DNA of 64,000 nucleotides from the human T2T-CHM13v2.0 reference genome, Homo sapiens: NCBI GenBank assembly GCA_009914755.4, contig CP086569.2, positions 6,592,001 to 6,656,000 of the forward strand, read 5' to 3'. Shown piece by piece: positions 16,587 to 27,722 of this stretch (position 1 is its first letter; each line of letters starts with the position of its first letter). The notes under the pieces were generated by a model. It saw only the letters and a program-made list of their open reading frames with translations, ran no database searches and was not told where the DNA came from. The position numbers and the translations under genes were made by a program.

Positions 16587-17500
16587 TTGGACAGCAGAAA
16601 GAGGCTGGACCCATCACACCTGAGTCAAAAGAGCACTGTCCCCTCTGGAGTCATGGGCCATAGTCCCAGGACAAAACTCTACCAAACTAAAGCTAAGCAA
16701 AGTTTAACCCTCCATTTATTTTATAACTCCTCCTTTCCTTGCTCTACTGCTGAGCACCTTGTTATTAATGAAACCAGGTCACCTTTTCCTCAGACAATCA
16801 CATTTGATGCCTGCTCACCATACCTTGCAGGGATCTCCAAAACCAAAGGTAACTGGCCTCCTCAGAAAAATATCTGTCTCTCCAAAGGCACATCTGACCT
16901 CTGCAACTCTTGCTTCATAGAGACCAACTCCCTTATGTTTCTCACATTTTAGGAACAAAATGTGGACTAGTTTCTAGCTCCCTCCTATGGACCACTGAGG
17001 AACAAGTGGTCCATAGCACTAATGAGGTCCTCTGGACCTCCATAGCACTGTCCCTCCTATGGACCACTGAGGAACAAGGGTGGACTTCCTCAAAGGGCTG
17101 CACCTCTCTAGAACCATTACTCTATTTCACCAAAGAAAGTGTTCCCTCTAATTTTCAATAATATCAATGCAATCTGATGCAGCTTTCTATTCTTACCTCT
17201 CCTGATCCTGACGCCACTTTATGTTGCTTCTATGACATGGGAGCTAACTTGGCTGGCACAGACCTCATAGACTCATTTGAAATGCATTGTATTAATCCCT
17301 CACCCTCTTCACCCCCTAGCCCCTCTTCTCTGTTTAGAACTTCTTCTGATCAAACTGTCATCCTTTCCATACCCAATGATAGGACCAGAGTAGATGTTGT
17401 AGCAGGTAAATGATTTATAACAAACTGGCAATAGAGCCAGGATATCAAGATGCAAATGCCTGATTGGAATGGATCAAATATTCTGTCCACACATTAAACA
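16587..17500 (+). pseudogene. ERV class I env surface-subunit remnant, fragmented by frameshifts and stops
   Basis: Consecutive short ORFs 16587-16952, 16910-17161 and 17177-17413 lie between the IN tail and the TM. Assignment is by position and Cys-containing segments, with no strong motif match. Confidence 0.4.
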
Positions 17501-17855
17501 AAAGCAATTGTTACGCTTGTGCGCATGGCAGGCCAGAGGCCCAGATTGTCACCTTTCGACTAGGATGGTCCTCCAGTTGACCAGGCATGGGCTGTATGGT
17601 AGTTCTTTTCCAGGATTCCATAGTCTGGGGTAACAAGTTGTGCCAAGCTCTCTCTCTGCTATATCCCAAAGGTTGACACCCTGCAGTCCAGCCCCTGAGG
17701 GCCATCCAGCTTCTGTCTCCCAACACTAAGTTACTTCGTGTCTCTCACGACAAGGAGGAAACTTAGCAATCCTTGGAGACCTGAGGGGATGCCGTGAGTG
17801 TAAGAATTTTCAAGAGCTTATCAATCAGTCAGCCCTTGTTCTTCCCCTAGCAGAT

Positions 17856-18726
17856 GTGTGGTGGCATTGTGATGGAGCTTTACTGGACACTCTGCTGAGT
17901 AACTGGAGCAGCACTTGTGCTCTAACCCAGTTGGCTATCCCTTTCACACTGGCATTTTATCAGCCAGAGGAAAGAAAAATGCAATATCATAAAGCAAGAG
18001 AAGCCCCTTATGGGTCTTTTAACCTACACATCTATCTAGATGCAATTGGAGTCCCACAAGGAGTACCAGATAAATTTAAAGCCCACAATCAAATAGCTGC
18101 AGGATTTTTGTCAATATTTTGGTGGGTGACAATTAATAAGCATGTAGATTAGATAAATTATATTTATACAACAAACAGCACTTTATTACCTACACTAGAG
18201 ATGCTGTTAAAGGAATAGCTGAGCAATTAGGGGCTGCTTGCCAGATGGCTTGGGAAAATAGGATAGCCTCAGACATGATATTAGCAGAAAGCGGAGGAGT
18301 TTGCTTCATGATTAAAACTCAATGTACTACGTTCATCACAAACAACACCACTCCTGATGGAAGTATAACAAAGGCATTGCAAAGTCTAAGTGCTCTGTCC
18401 AATGAGTTAGCCAAAAACTTGGGGGCAAATGACCCCTTCACAGGGTGGCTAGAAAAATGTTTTGGTAAATGGAAAATAATCACAACCTCAATTCTTACTT
18501 CTCTTGCAGCCATAGTAGCTGTATTTATTCTTGTAGGGTGTTGTGCCATACCATGAATCATGGGCAGGTGCACAGACCCATAGAGACAGCACTTACTAAA
18601 ACCTTCCTCAACTCTTCTCCACCTTATTCAGAGAAGCTTCTTCCTTTAAGGAATCAAGTAGAAGAACTGAACCAAGACATGTTAAGGAAGTTTGAAGAAA
18701 GAACTGTAAAAATTCAAGAGGGAGAC
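17856..18726 (+). pseudogene. ERV class I env transmembrane-subunit remnant, with an ISD/CX6CC-like region, membrane anchor and cytoplasmic tail
   Basis: ORFs 17856-18152, 18245-18556 and 18469-18729. The motifs are given in the parent feature. Confidence 0.6.
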
Positions 18727-19740
18727 TGAAGGAGTGGCCTGCCTCTCCACATCTGTGGGTGTTTCTAGTCGGATGGGATAAGAGACTGAGAAAAGAAATA
18801 AGACACAGAGACAAAGTAGAGAAACAACAGTGGGCCCAGGGTACCGGCACTCAGCATACAAAGGACCTGCACCAGCACTGGTCTCTGAGTTCCCTCAGTT
18901 TTTATTGATTATTATTTTCATTATTTCAGTAAAAAGGAATGTCGTAGGAGGGCAGGGTGATCATAAGGAGAAGGTCAGCAACAAACATGTGAGCAATAGA
19001 ATCTACGTCATAATTAAGTTCAAGGGAAGGTACTATGACTGGACGTGTACGTAAGCCAGATTTATGTTTCTCTCCACCCAAACATCTCAGCAGAGTAAAG
19101 AATAACAAGGCAGCATTGCTGCAAACATGTCTCACCTCCTACCATAGGGCGGTTTTTCTCTCATCTCAGAATTGAACAAACGTACAATCAGGTTTTATAC
19201 TGAGATGTTCAGTTCCCAGGGGCAGGCAGCAGACAGTGGCTTTCCTCTATCTCAACTGCGAGAGGCTTTCCTCTTTTACTAACCCGCCTCAGCACAGACC
19301 CTTTATGGGTGTTGGGCTGGGGGACGGTCAGGTCTTTCTCATCCCATGAGGCCATATTTCAGACTATCACATGGGGAGAAACCTTGGACAATACCCAGCT
19401 TTCAAGGGCAGAGGTCCCTGCGGCTTTCTGCAGTGCATTATGCCCCTGGTTTATTGAGACTAGAGAATGGCAATGACTTTTACCAAGTATACTGCTTGTA
19501 AACATTTTGTTAACAAGGCACATCCTGCACAGCCCTAGATCCCTTTAACCTTGATTCCATACAACACATGTTTTTGTGAGCTCCAGGTTGGGTCAAAGTG
19601 GCTGGGGCAAAGCTACAAATTAACAACATCTCAGCAAAGCAATTGTTCAAAGTACAGGTCTTTTTCAAAATGGAGTCTCTTATGTCTTTCTTTTCTACAT
19701 AGACACAGTAACAGTCTGATCTCTCTTTCTTTTCCCTACA
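18727..19740 (-). mobile_element. HERV-K (HML-2-like) 3' LTR, LTR5-type, 1014 bp
   Basis: The minus strand reads tgtagggaaaagaaagagagatcagactgttactgtgtctatgtagaaa ... tattgtccaaggtttctccccatgtgatagtctgaaatatggcctcatggga ... gaccgtcccccagcccaacacccataaagggtctgtgctgagg ... ctcagtataaaacctgattgt (TATA) ... aatcaataaaaactgagggaactcagag (poly-A signal/R) ... gaaacacccacagatgtggagaggcaggccactccttca. By memory this is about 80% similar to the LTR5 consensus. A polypurine tract aaaagaaaagggaca lies immediately upstream at 19741-19757. Confidence 0.85.
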
Positions 19741-21760
19741 TATGTCCCTTTTCTTTTTGACAAAACTGCCATAGTCATCATGGCCCGTTCTCGCTGGTTG
19801 CTGTCTCTCCGGAGCTGCTGGATACACCTGTAGACTAACAACAGAGAGGACAGACGTACAAGAATTAATACAAAATTTGCAACAGTGGAATTTCCAGTGG
19901 TTTTAACCCAAGTGACAGGGTTAAGATTTGTGAGGCTATCAACAGCTTTCACCGTTGCCTCAGTTTCTGGCACCAGATTTAACTGGGCTTTTGATGTTTC
20001 AAAAATTTGTTTTTTCAATTTTGAAATATCTAAAGTAAGATTATCTTCTCTTCCTTGTAGATGGCATCTAACCATGTCCCAGTGATGTTTAGATTCATTA
20101 TAGGCTTGAAGTGTAATACAAAAATCTGACATATTCCAGTCACACTGTAACTGAAAAAGATATTCCAAACTTATGAGCCTATCTCCCATCCAAATGACAG
20201 TTTGTCTAAGATCATTACTTTGATTTGTCAATTTTTGATCTGTTTGAGTCTGAGAATTCCACAATTTCGAGGAATTCTTTTGCCAATTATTCACATATTC
20301 TGCAGTTTGAACAGAGGAGTGTAAAGCAATTCCAGCAGCCGCAGCAGTAGCTGTGACTGCAATAAAACCCATAATCACTGTAATCAAGGTAAAAATGAAT
20401 GTTTCAGATCTAGTTAGAACTCTTTTAAATACTTCTGTTAAGATATGTCCAGATGGAGAAGCCTCCCACGGTCAGTCCATGGACACAGGGATCCCCATAC
20501 CCTCTCTTGCCCTGACTAACAGAATATGATGCTGCCAGTCGAAAGTTGAATCAATGCAAGTAAACAATCTACAGTTTTCACAGGTTATAGTTTGGGAATC
20601 TGGTTTAATAACTATATTTCCTACAACTAGCGTATAAGGGGGTTTTACCTAACTTTGCAAAGGAATTGTCAGATTGTAATTTAGGTTAATAGTATAATAT
20701 GGCTTATGATTTCTTGTTCCCATAACTTGATTTCCAGACCAAATTCTAATGTGGTACGAGGCCACAGTGAGCTTCCATAATTCTGGGTGTTCAGGACCAA
20801 CAACAGGACTAACTTTGGTCGGGGTGAAGAAATCCTCTTTTCACCCCATTTCCATGGATAGGGTGATTTTAGCCTTCTATAAACCTGGTCTAGCCTTTTA
20901 GTTAAATCACTATCATAGACTGGATTAGCGGGCCAGACAGATGGAGCCTGTGAACATGAGTGGGTCTGGCCCATACGGTCATAATATAATTGGCCTCGAG
21001 GGGCCTAGTCTATAATAGTTCCAAATTTATTGTTTTGTAGTACCACTGCAGTATCAGCCACACATTCTTCCCAAACTAAGACTTCTGGGTCTTTTGATTC
21101 TTTTGGAATTTCCTTGGGGCAAGATTTTCCCTTAGGCCTAAATCTTAATGATCTTTGATAGGAAGAGTCCTGTAAATTATTCATTTGTGACCCAAGTGAC
21201 ATTTCACTTACCATGTGATAAGTGAATTTACTGGTGGCACTGACAGTAGGTACTTCTACCAACCAGTTTTGGTTTGTAGGCATTAAGCATCCTGGTGCTT
21301 TTCCCAGACAAATAGGAGGATAATGATACCCAATGGAAATGTTTATCATCATTCCTTCTTCTTCAGGTTGGGCAGGGCCACGGTCATCTGTGGGGTCTGG
21401 TACCCATGTACTATTGTTAACATGTACTTCAATAGGATTATCTCTCCAAGTGAGTGCCCGAATTAAGGGTGGGAAAGGCACATAGGCCCAGTAAGTATAG
21501 TTAGCTGTAGCGGCTCCTGCAGATATAGGGAGACTTAGCACCATTGATACAATCATTAAAGCTGCAAGCAGCATATTCTCTGGAGTTTATGTTACCCTCA
21601 TGTTTTTCAGGCTTTTTTCAGCTAACTGTGTCAGCTTCTTTAGCTGGGCCCAGGTCGGCGGCTCCGCTTTCTTGGTGGATGGCAACTTCATCTGTTCTTT
21701 TGATATCACCATTTTCTTCACCTGGCGAGGTGATGATGCTCGATTGCAGGTTTTCTGTCT
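19695..21760 (-). pseudogene. HERV-K env (SU plus TM). The ORF is broken between 20387 and 21005 and terminates 45 nt inside the 3' LTR, as in HML-2
   Basis: [55 protein letters not shown] ... [79 protein letters not shown] ... [31 protein letters not shown] ... [37 protein letters not shown]. About 85-90% amino-acid similarity to the HML-2 Env that I remember. Confidence 0.85.
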
Positions 21761-23429
21761 CTATGGAGGCACCTTCATTTGCATCTCTGATGGGTTCATT
21801 GTAGAACTTCAAATGTCTAGTGGGTATCCAAACAGGAAGCTGATTTTCTTCTGGTGAAACACAAGAAAAACCTCTCCCCCATGTTATCACCTTACCTATT
21901 TCCCATGTTTTATTTTTGTTGTCTTTCCACCAAATCAGTTTTCCCCCATGTGGGCTGTTCTTTTTACCAGTAAAATGTTGTTCTGCAGAAGTAGTGGTCT
22001 GATTTCTATATATGTTTAAAGAATTTAAACTATAGAGTGCTAGATTAAGTTGCATCTGGGGAGTGTTATACTCCTTACTGTCTTTTTCCATTTTTTGTTT
22101 AACCAATTGAGCTTTGAGTGTTCTATTAGTTCTTTCAGTTATGGCCTGTCCTTGGGGAATTATAGGGGATTCCTGTTGTATGTGTAATTTTCCACTGATT
22201 TAGGAATTTTTGAAATGCTTTGCTACAGTATCCTGGCCCATTATCCGTTTTAATTTTTTCTGGAACTCCCATGACAGCAAAACAAGATAATAAATGTCTT
22301 TTAACATGGGAAGTACTTTCTCCTGTCTGGCAGGTTGTCCACATGAAATGTGAATAGGTATCAACTGTCTCATGGACAAATGACATTTTTCCAAATGAAG
22401 GTACATGTGTGACATCCATTTGCCATAATGCATTAGGACATAAACCTCTGGGATTAACTCCTGCCTCCTGAGTGGGCAGGTGTAAGACTTGACACTGAGC
22501 ACAATGTAGTACAATATTTTTTGCTTGTTTCCATGTGATATAATATTTATTTTTTAATCCTGTTGCATTTACATGAGTCAGGGCGTGAAGTTCTTGTGCT
22601 TCCATGAAATCAGATGATACTAGGAAGTCAGCTTGTTCATTTGCCTTAGTTAAAGGCCGTGGTAAATTAGTATGTGCTCGAATATGAGTAATATAAAGTG
22701 GGAAATTTCTTTTTCTTATAGTTTATTGTAACAATTTAAACAGCTGATTTAACTGATCACCCATACTATATTTGATTAGGGCTGTCTCAACATCCTTTGT
22801 AGCCTGTACTACATATGCAGTATCTGAAACAATGTTAATAGGCTGATTAAATCTTGTTTAACACTGAAATGACAGCAGCCAATTCTGCTCTTTGAGCTGA
22901 GTGATATTGAGCTTCAATGACTCGTTCTTTTGGCCTGATGTAAGCTGCTTTTCCATTGCTGGAACCATCAGTAAACACTGTCAGAACATTTTTGAAAGGT
23001 TTTTTTCTGGTAATTTTAGGTAAAATCCAAGTAGTCAATTTTAAAAACTGGAAGATTTTTGTTTTTGGGTAATGATTATCAATAATTCCCACAAAATCAG
23101 CAAGACCAGTCTGCCATGCAGACTGAATTGATAAAGGCTTGTCTAACCTGTTCCTTGTTTAAAGGGACAATGATTTTATCTGGGTCACTTCCACACAATT
23201 TTACTATTCGTAGTCTTGCCTGACCAATTAATGTAGCCATTTGATCTAAGTACAATGTAAAAGTCTTTACTGTGGGGAAGGAATGGCCACTCCACAATAT
23301 CTGTATTTTCAACAATAATGCCTGTTGGAGAGTGTGCAGTAGCAAAAATCTAAAGTTGGAGTGGGGCTGTATAGGAAGACTGGAATAGTGATCTCTGCAT
23401 GCCACTGTTCTAACAAGTCTCGGCCCCAT
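21618..23429 (-). pseudogene. HERV-K pol remnant: RT thumb/connection, RNase H and integrase. The polymerase (fingers/palm) part of RT is deleted
   Basis: ORFs 23097-23429, 22847-23092, 22135-22605 and 21618-22106. The sequence runs from the protease C-terminus ([13 protein letters not shown], 23309-23506) directly into the RT region [25 protein letters not shown] with no intervening YxDD-containing RT core. Confidence 0.75.
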
Positions 23430-23950
23430 AAATTAATTGGAATAGAAGTAATCATAGGCTGAACTGTACTCTCTTGATGCTCAGTTCCTAAACAATGTAA
23501 AATCATGGACTTTGATACACTTCTGAGGCGGTGCCCACACCAACAAGTCCTGTAACGGACTTGTTTAGGTCAATTTTTTGGCCATTGATTTAAGGCAAGG
23601 ATAGAAACATCAGCCCCCATATCCATGATTCCTTCAAACTGCTTTCCCTGAATAGTAACTGTACACACAGGTCTATTCTCTGAGAGCTGACTAGCCCAAT
23701 AAACAGCATTTCCAGCAGGGTTGGTACTTCCAAACCCTCCTGTTTTTTCTGTTTTGCTATCCCCAATTTTGATATAAGGCAAGAACAGTAACTGAGCAAT
23801 TCTATCACCTGGATTGGCACTCCAGGGAACAGTAGAGCTAATCACTAACTGAATTTCCCCTTTATAATCAGAGTCAGTTACCCCAGTATGAATTTGGACT
23901 CCCTTCAAATTTAGACTTGATTTTCCTAAAATAAGGCCTACTCTCCCTTC
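23300..23950 (-). pseudogene. HERV-K pro ORF remnant: dUTPase C-terminal part and aspartyl protease (DMGAD active site)
   Basis: ORFs 23570-23908 and 23309-23506, carrying the motifs listed above. Confidence 0.8.
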
Positions 23951-25765
23951 TGGCAGCGGGCCATGTACCCTTGTAGGAATCTTTTGCAGGGGCTCTCCAG
24001 GGAGTAAAGAAATCGTAAATCTTTACATAATCATAAAGAACATAAATCTACTGCCGTGCTGCCTGCTGTGGCGGGGGATAACTGTTGTATTGTTGTAATT
24101 AGCTGATTTCCTGAAATGGTGGTATTTACTGTGGGGGTTGTTGTCCCTGAAAACCCTGAGGAACAAATGGCTGAATCAGGAATGCCCCACTTTGTTGCGG
24201 GGCCTGGGGCTGGCCCTGTTTGCCATTTCCTGACAATGGTTGCCCATTTTTATCAAATTTAGAAGGACATTTTTTAGCCCAGTGTTTTTCTTTTCCACAT
24301 TTTGGACACAGGCCAGGTGGCTGTTTACTTTTGCTCTGTTTATTTAAGCCTGGGCAATTCTTTTTTAGATGACTGATTTGACCACAATTATAACATTTTC
24401 CCCCAAATGTTTTAACTTGTCCTCCTAAAGCAACCCCCTAATTGCTTGAGCCAATAGCATTGCCTTATGCATAGCTCCTCCAATCCCATCACAAGCCTTC
24501 ACATATTCTGTAATTACATCAACTCCTGCTGAAACCTTTCCTCTTAATGGCTTTATGGCTGATTGACATTCTGGATGTGCATTTTGGTAAGCCATTATTT
24601 CTACAATAACTTTTCAGGCATTATTATCTGCAATGGATTTTTGAGCTGCAGCATGCAACCTTGCCACAAAGTCTGGATATGGCTCTTTAGAGCCTTGTCT
24701 GATTGAACTAAAAGAAGGGCAGGCAGATCCTGGGTCCTGAATCTTTTCCCAGGCCCTGAGGCAAATAGCCCTTAGTTGTTCAATAGCCTCATTTTGCATT
24801 ATTGATTGTTGGTTAATAGTGCTCCAATTTGGACCTGTTCCTAGCAATTGATCTGCATCTATATGGACAACAGGATAAGTAGCCTGATTTTTCTGTACAT
24901 ATTCTTGTACTCCATCAATCTACCAGGTTTTAAACTGTAGGAATTGAGAGGGTGAAAGGGAAGATTTAGCCAAAATTTCCCAATCCTAAGGAATAAGTCT
25001 ATTTCCAAGAGCAATGGAATCTAATAATGTTCTCATACAAGGAGAGTTGGGTCCATATTGTTTAACTCCTTCCTTCATATCTTTTAACATTTTCATGGTG
25101 AAAGATTCATATCTACACTCAGTTCGGACAGACGCTCCTGCTTGACTCCCTTTCCCGGCCGGGTGGGTTGTAAAATTACTGGGAACTGCCATGCCTCAAG
25201 ATCTCCCTGTTTTCTGGCTTTATCAATGATTTCATGGAGTGCACTATCTTGTCCACTAGGTGGTACTGTAGGATCAAACACCATTGCCGTGGGATGTTGA
25301 TATAGTGCCCTGCTATTTGGGTTGGGCGCACCACCTGAGTTCTATACTGAACCTCTGGAGACGGCCGATACTGAAATTCGGCTGGCGGCTGGTGTTGATA
25401 AGCTGCCGGTGGTTGGGTTTTATTTTCCACCAGCTGATATTGTGGATACTGTGTCTGGATTGGCATTTGAGGTTGTAATGTCACAGGCATCTGAACCGCG
25501 GGAGAAGGAGTTGGTGGCCATCATCGTCTAAACTCTGATGGCCCAAATAATTCTGGACCTTTTCCCCCCAATTTTGATGGTTCAGGATATATTACTTCCT
25601 GTAACTGATTATAGTCAACATTTTGCCTTGACTGAGCCATTACAGACTCTACTACATTTTTACAATGTGAACTTCCCATTCCTTCCTTGAACTCTGCTCC
25701 TGCCTCTTCTTCACAATCTATTACACAGCTTTCAGGGACATCAGAAACTGAAACGCTAGCCAATC
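23950..25765 (-). pseudogene. HERV-K gag remnant (MA C-terminal part, QP-rich p15 region, CA, NC). The N-terminal ~100 codons are missing or unalignable
   Basis: ORFs 25521-25763, 25176-25490, 25093-25284, 24986-25192 and 24614-24847, with the Gag motifs listed above. The frame is broken several times. Confidence 0.75.
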
Positions 25766-26260
25766 AGGGAATGACATTGCAGTAGGGGCTACCTGCGACA
25801 GGAATAGGAACCCCTTCCCCTCCTTGCTCAGGTGTGTTCTCACCATTGCTCCATCTGCGAGTCATACCCTTCTATAAAACTAAAATTGCCATGCTAAGAA
25901 AATGTATGTTCGAGGGCTATTTTTTTTGTGGCACTGAAACTTTATTTCTAACAGTCTGGAAAGGTGTTCATCTCAAACAATACTGCCCCTGATGGAAGTA
26001 TAATAAAAGTACTGCAAGGTCTAACTGCTCTGTCCAATGAGTTAGCCAAAAACTCAGGGGTAAATGACCCCTTCACAGGGTGTCTAGAAAATGGGTAGGT
26101 AAATGGAAAGGAATCATATCCTCAATTCTTTCTTCTCTCGCAAGCTTTACTTTGAAGCAAAGGCAGGAAAACTCGAAGCGGGAGGGAACTCCCAGGTCAC
26201 AGATAGGTGAGACACCAGTGGTTACATTATTTTGAGTTTGCGCTTCCTAGCTTGAGTTTT
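25765..26260 (+). mobile_element. Copy B of the gamma-type ERV env-TM C-terminal/downstream segment, directly abutting the truncated HERV-K gag. It has an approximately 170-bp deletion relative to copy A
   Basis: 25975-26140 aligns at about 85% with 18350-18515 (cctgatggaagtata(a/c)aaaag ... ctgctctgtccaatgagttagccaaaaact ... aaatgaccccttcacagggtg(t/g)ctagaaaa). 26161-26199 (tttgaagcaaaggcaggaaaactcgaagcgggagggaac) aligns with 18690-18726 (tttgaagaaagaactgtaaaaattcaagagggagac). Confidence 0.6.
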
Positions 26261-26400
26261 TGGGAGCCCAAGATATTTTTCTTTTACGTAAATGTGCATT
26301 GGAATTTAAGCATATTTGGTATATAAAACAATACCAATTTAGCCAGCGTTTACATGTCTATGTAAATCGAGTTTATGGACAGACACTTTGCATATTTTTC

Positions 26401-26685
26401 CTTTTTTTTTTTGGTGAGACAGAGTCTCACACTGTTGCCCAGGCTGGAGAGCAGTGGTGCAATTTCAGCTCACAGCAAATCAAGGGATTTTCCTGCCTCA
26501 GCCTCCTAAGTAGCTGGGATTACAGGCATGTGCCACCATGCCTGGCTAATTTTTGTATTTTTAATAGAGATGGGTTTCTCCATGTTGGCCAGGCTGGTCT
26601 TGAACTCCTGACCTCAGGTGATCCACCTGCCTCGGCCTTCCAAAGTGCTGGGATTACAAGCATGAGCCACGGTGCCTCGCCTGCA
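26401..26685 (-). mobile_element. Alu SINE flanked by an 11-bp TSD gcatatttttc
   Basis: Poly-T, then gagacagagtctcacactgttgcccaggctggagagcagtggtgcaatttcagctcac ... gtgctgggattacaagcatgagccacggtgcctcgcc. Flanks are ctttgcatatttttcc and ctgcatatttttcttg. Confidence 0.9.
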
Positions 26686-27164
26686 TATTTTTCTTGATTT
26701 GTTCATGTAGAAAATAGTTTCTTCCTAAAGAGATTTTGTGTTAAAACAATGCCTGGTTGAAAGTGTTAGATGCCTTAGATTTAGTTTTCCTCTTTTTGCC
26801 TGAAAGGGTTGAATGCTGAGGCATCTAGTATTCTTGTGTATGGGAATATTCCCATGTAATTTTTGTTTCTAGTCCTGTTGCTTCCTGTGTTAAAAATAAG
26901 ACTAAGGTGTGTAGCTGCACCTATAGTTCAAGATGAAGGGGTCTGTGTGAGAAATACAGTGTTTGCACGTGTGTATGTAAGTGAGAGAGAGATGACATAC
27001 AGAGTGCACAACCTCTTTGTAATACCCAGTTGACTCAGTGAAATCTGACTCTCTGAGCTGGCCTCTGGGCGTAGCTTGCCTACCCCAGGTCTAGATCTTA
27101 CTGGTTGTGTAGTTTTTCAGCACTCAGATGTTGAGAGCTATGTATTTCTCAGAGCAGTCTTCTC

Positions 27165-27187
27165 TCTCTCTCTCTCTCTCTCTTTTT
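27165..27187. repeat. (CT)n dinucleotide microsatellite
   Basis: tctctctctctctctctctctc. Confidence 0.9.
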
Positions 27188-27722
27188 TAATGTGCATAGG
27201 TGCATATAAAAATTGTGTGCCTTGTTTAGATGAGATCGGGGTGTTCAGGATAGTATAGCTGTGGATCCTATCCCTTTTCAAGGATGATAGATTTATTGCT
27301 AGGCATGTTCTGGAAGGAGATTTTTGTTTTGTTTCTGTGGGGTTCCCTTTTTGCTCAATGAATGAATTGGTTATTTGAAGGCATTGGTTATTTATTCCAT
27401 AAGCACAGGGTGGTGGCCTCTGCGCAGGCCCATGCTTGAAGGTACTTGCACTAGGGACAGTTGCTTTCTTCCCTCCTGGAGTTGATAGAGTTGAGGGGAG
27501 GCAGATACTGGAAAGCAGCCACAAATGCACCAAAATGTGCAGTGGACTGAGAGTGGCCAGGATGTGAGGAGTTACTACAGCTGCAGCACAGACCAGCATC
27601 ACGAGAGTTTAAGTGTAGGAGAGGGACTATTGAGGGAGAAGGACAAAAGACACATTTACCCTACAGATTGAAGAAAATTACTATAGGGGTTTCTTCTCTG
27701 TTATACTCATTGTGGTGTGACT

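Larger units (their letters stand above)
16430..18726 (+). mobile_element. Older class I (gamma-retrovirus-like) ERV internal fragment (copy A): integrase C-terminal tail, env SU and env TM. It is interrupted at 18726/18727 by the HERV-K 3' LTR
   Basis: IN tail QYQPGDHVLIKSWKAKSSNQPGKDITLVLLTTETAVWTAERGWTHHT matches the gamma-retroviral IN C-terminus pattern GDxVxxK..W....L.P.W.GP..VLLTT.TA. Env TM: WENRIASDMILAESGGVCFMIKTQCTTFI matches the MLV p15E motif [21 protein letters not shown], and there is a membrane-spanning segment IITTSILTSLAAIVAVFILVGCCAIP. SU-like ORFs lie at 16587-17413. Confidence 0.6.
19741..25765 (-). mobile_element. HERV-K (HML-2-like) proviral internal region: gag truncated at the N-terminus, pro/dUTPase, pol with most of RT deleted, and env. 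There is no 5' LTR, PBS or leader
   Basis: Minus-strand ORFs match HML-2 proteins. Gag: SVSVSDVPESCVIDC, QNVDYNQLQEVIYPE, MKMLKDMKEGVKQYGPNSPCMRTLLDSIA, NEAIEQLRAICLRAWEKIQDPGS, SKEPYPDFVARL. dUTPase/PR: GVQIHTGVTDSDYKGEIQLVISS ... QGKQFEGIMDMGADVSILALNQWPKN. Late RT/RNase [117 protein letters not shown]. Env SU/TM is described below. The 5' boundary lies somewhere between 25765 and 25890. Confidence 0.85.

Noticed and set aside
25860-25960. Possible HERV-K gag N-terminus or start codon
   Set aside because: On closer comparison this stretch aligns with the class I ERV env-TM unit (copy B, matching 18240-18340) rather than with HML-2 MA. The HERV-K gag homology ends nearer 25765.
26260-26697. 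145-aa plus-strand ORF
   Set aside because: It is dominated by the Alu at 26401-26685.
27138-27602. 154-aa minus-strand ORF containing an (RE)n run
   Set aside because: The REREREREK stretch is just the (CT)n microsatellite at 27165-27187 translated. There is no other coding signature, so it is likely chance.
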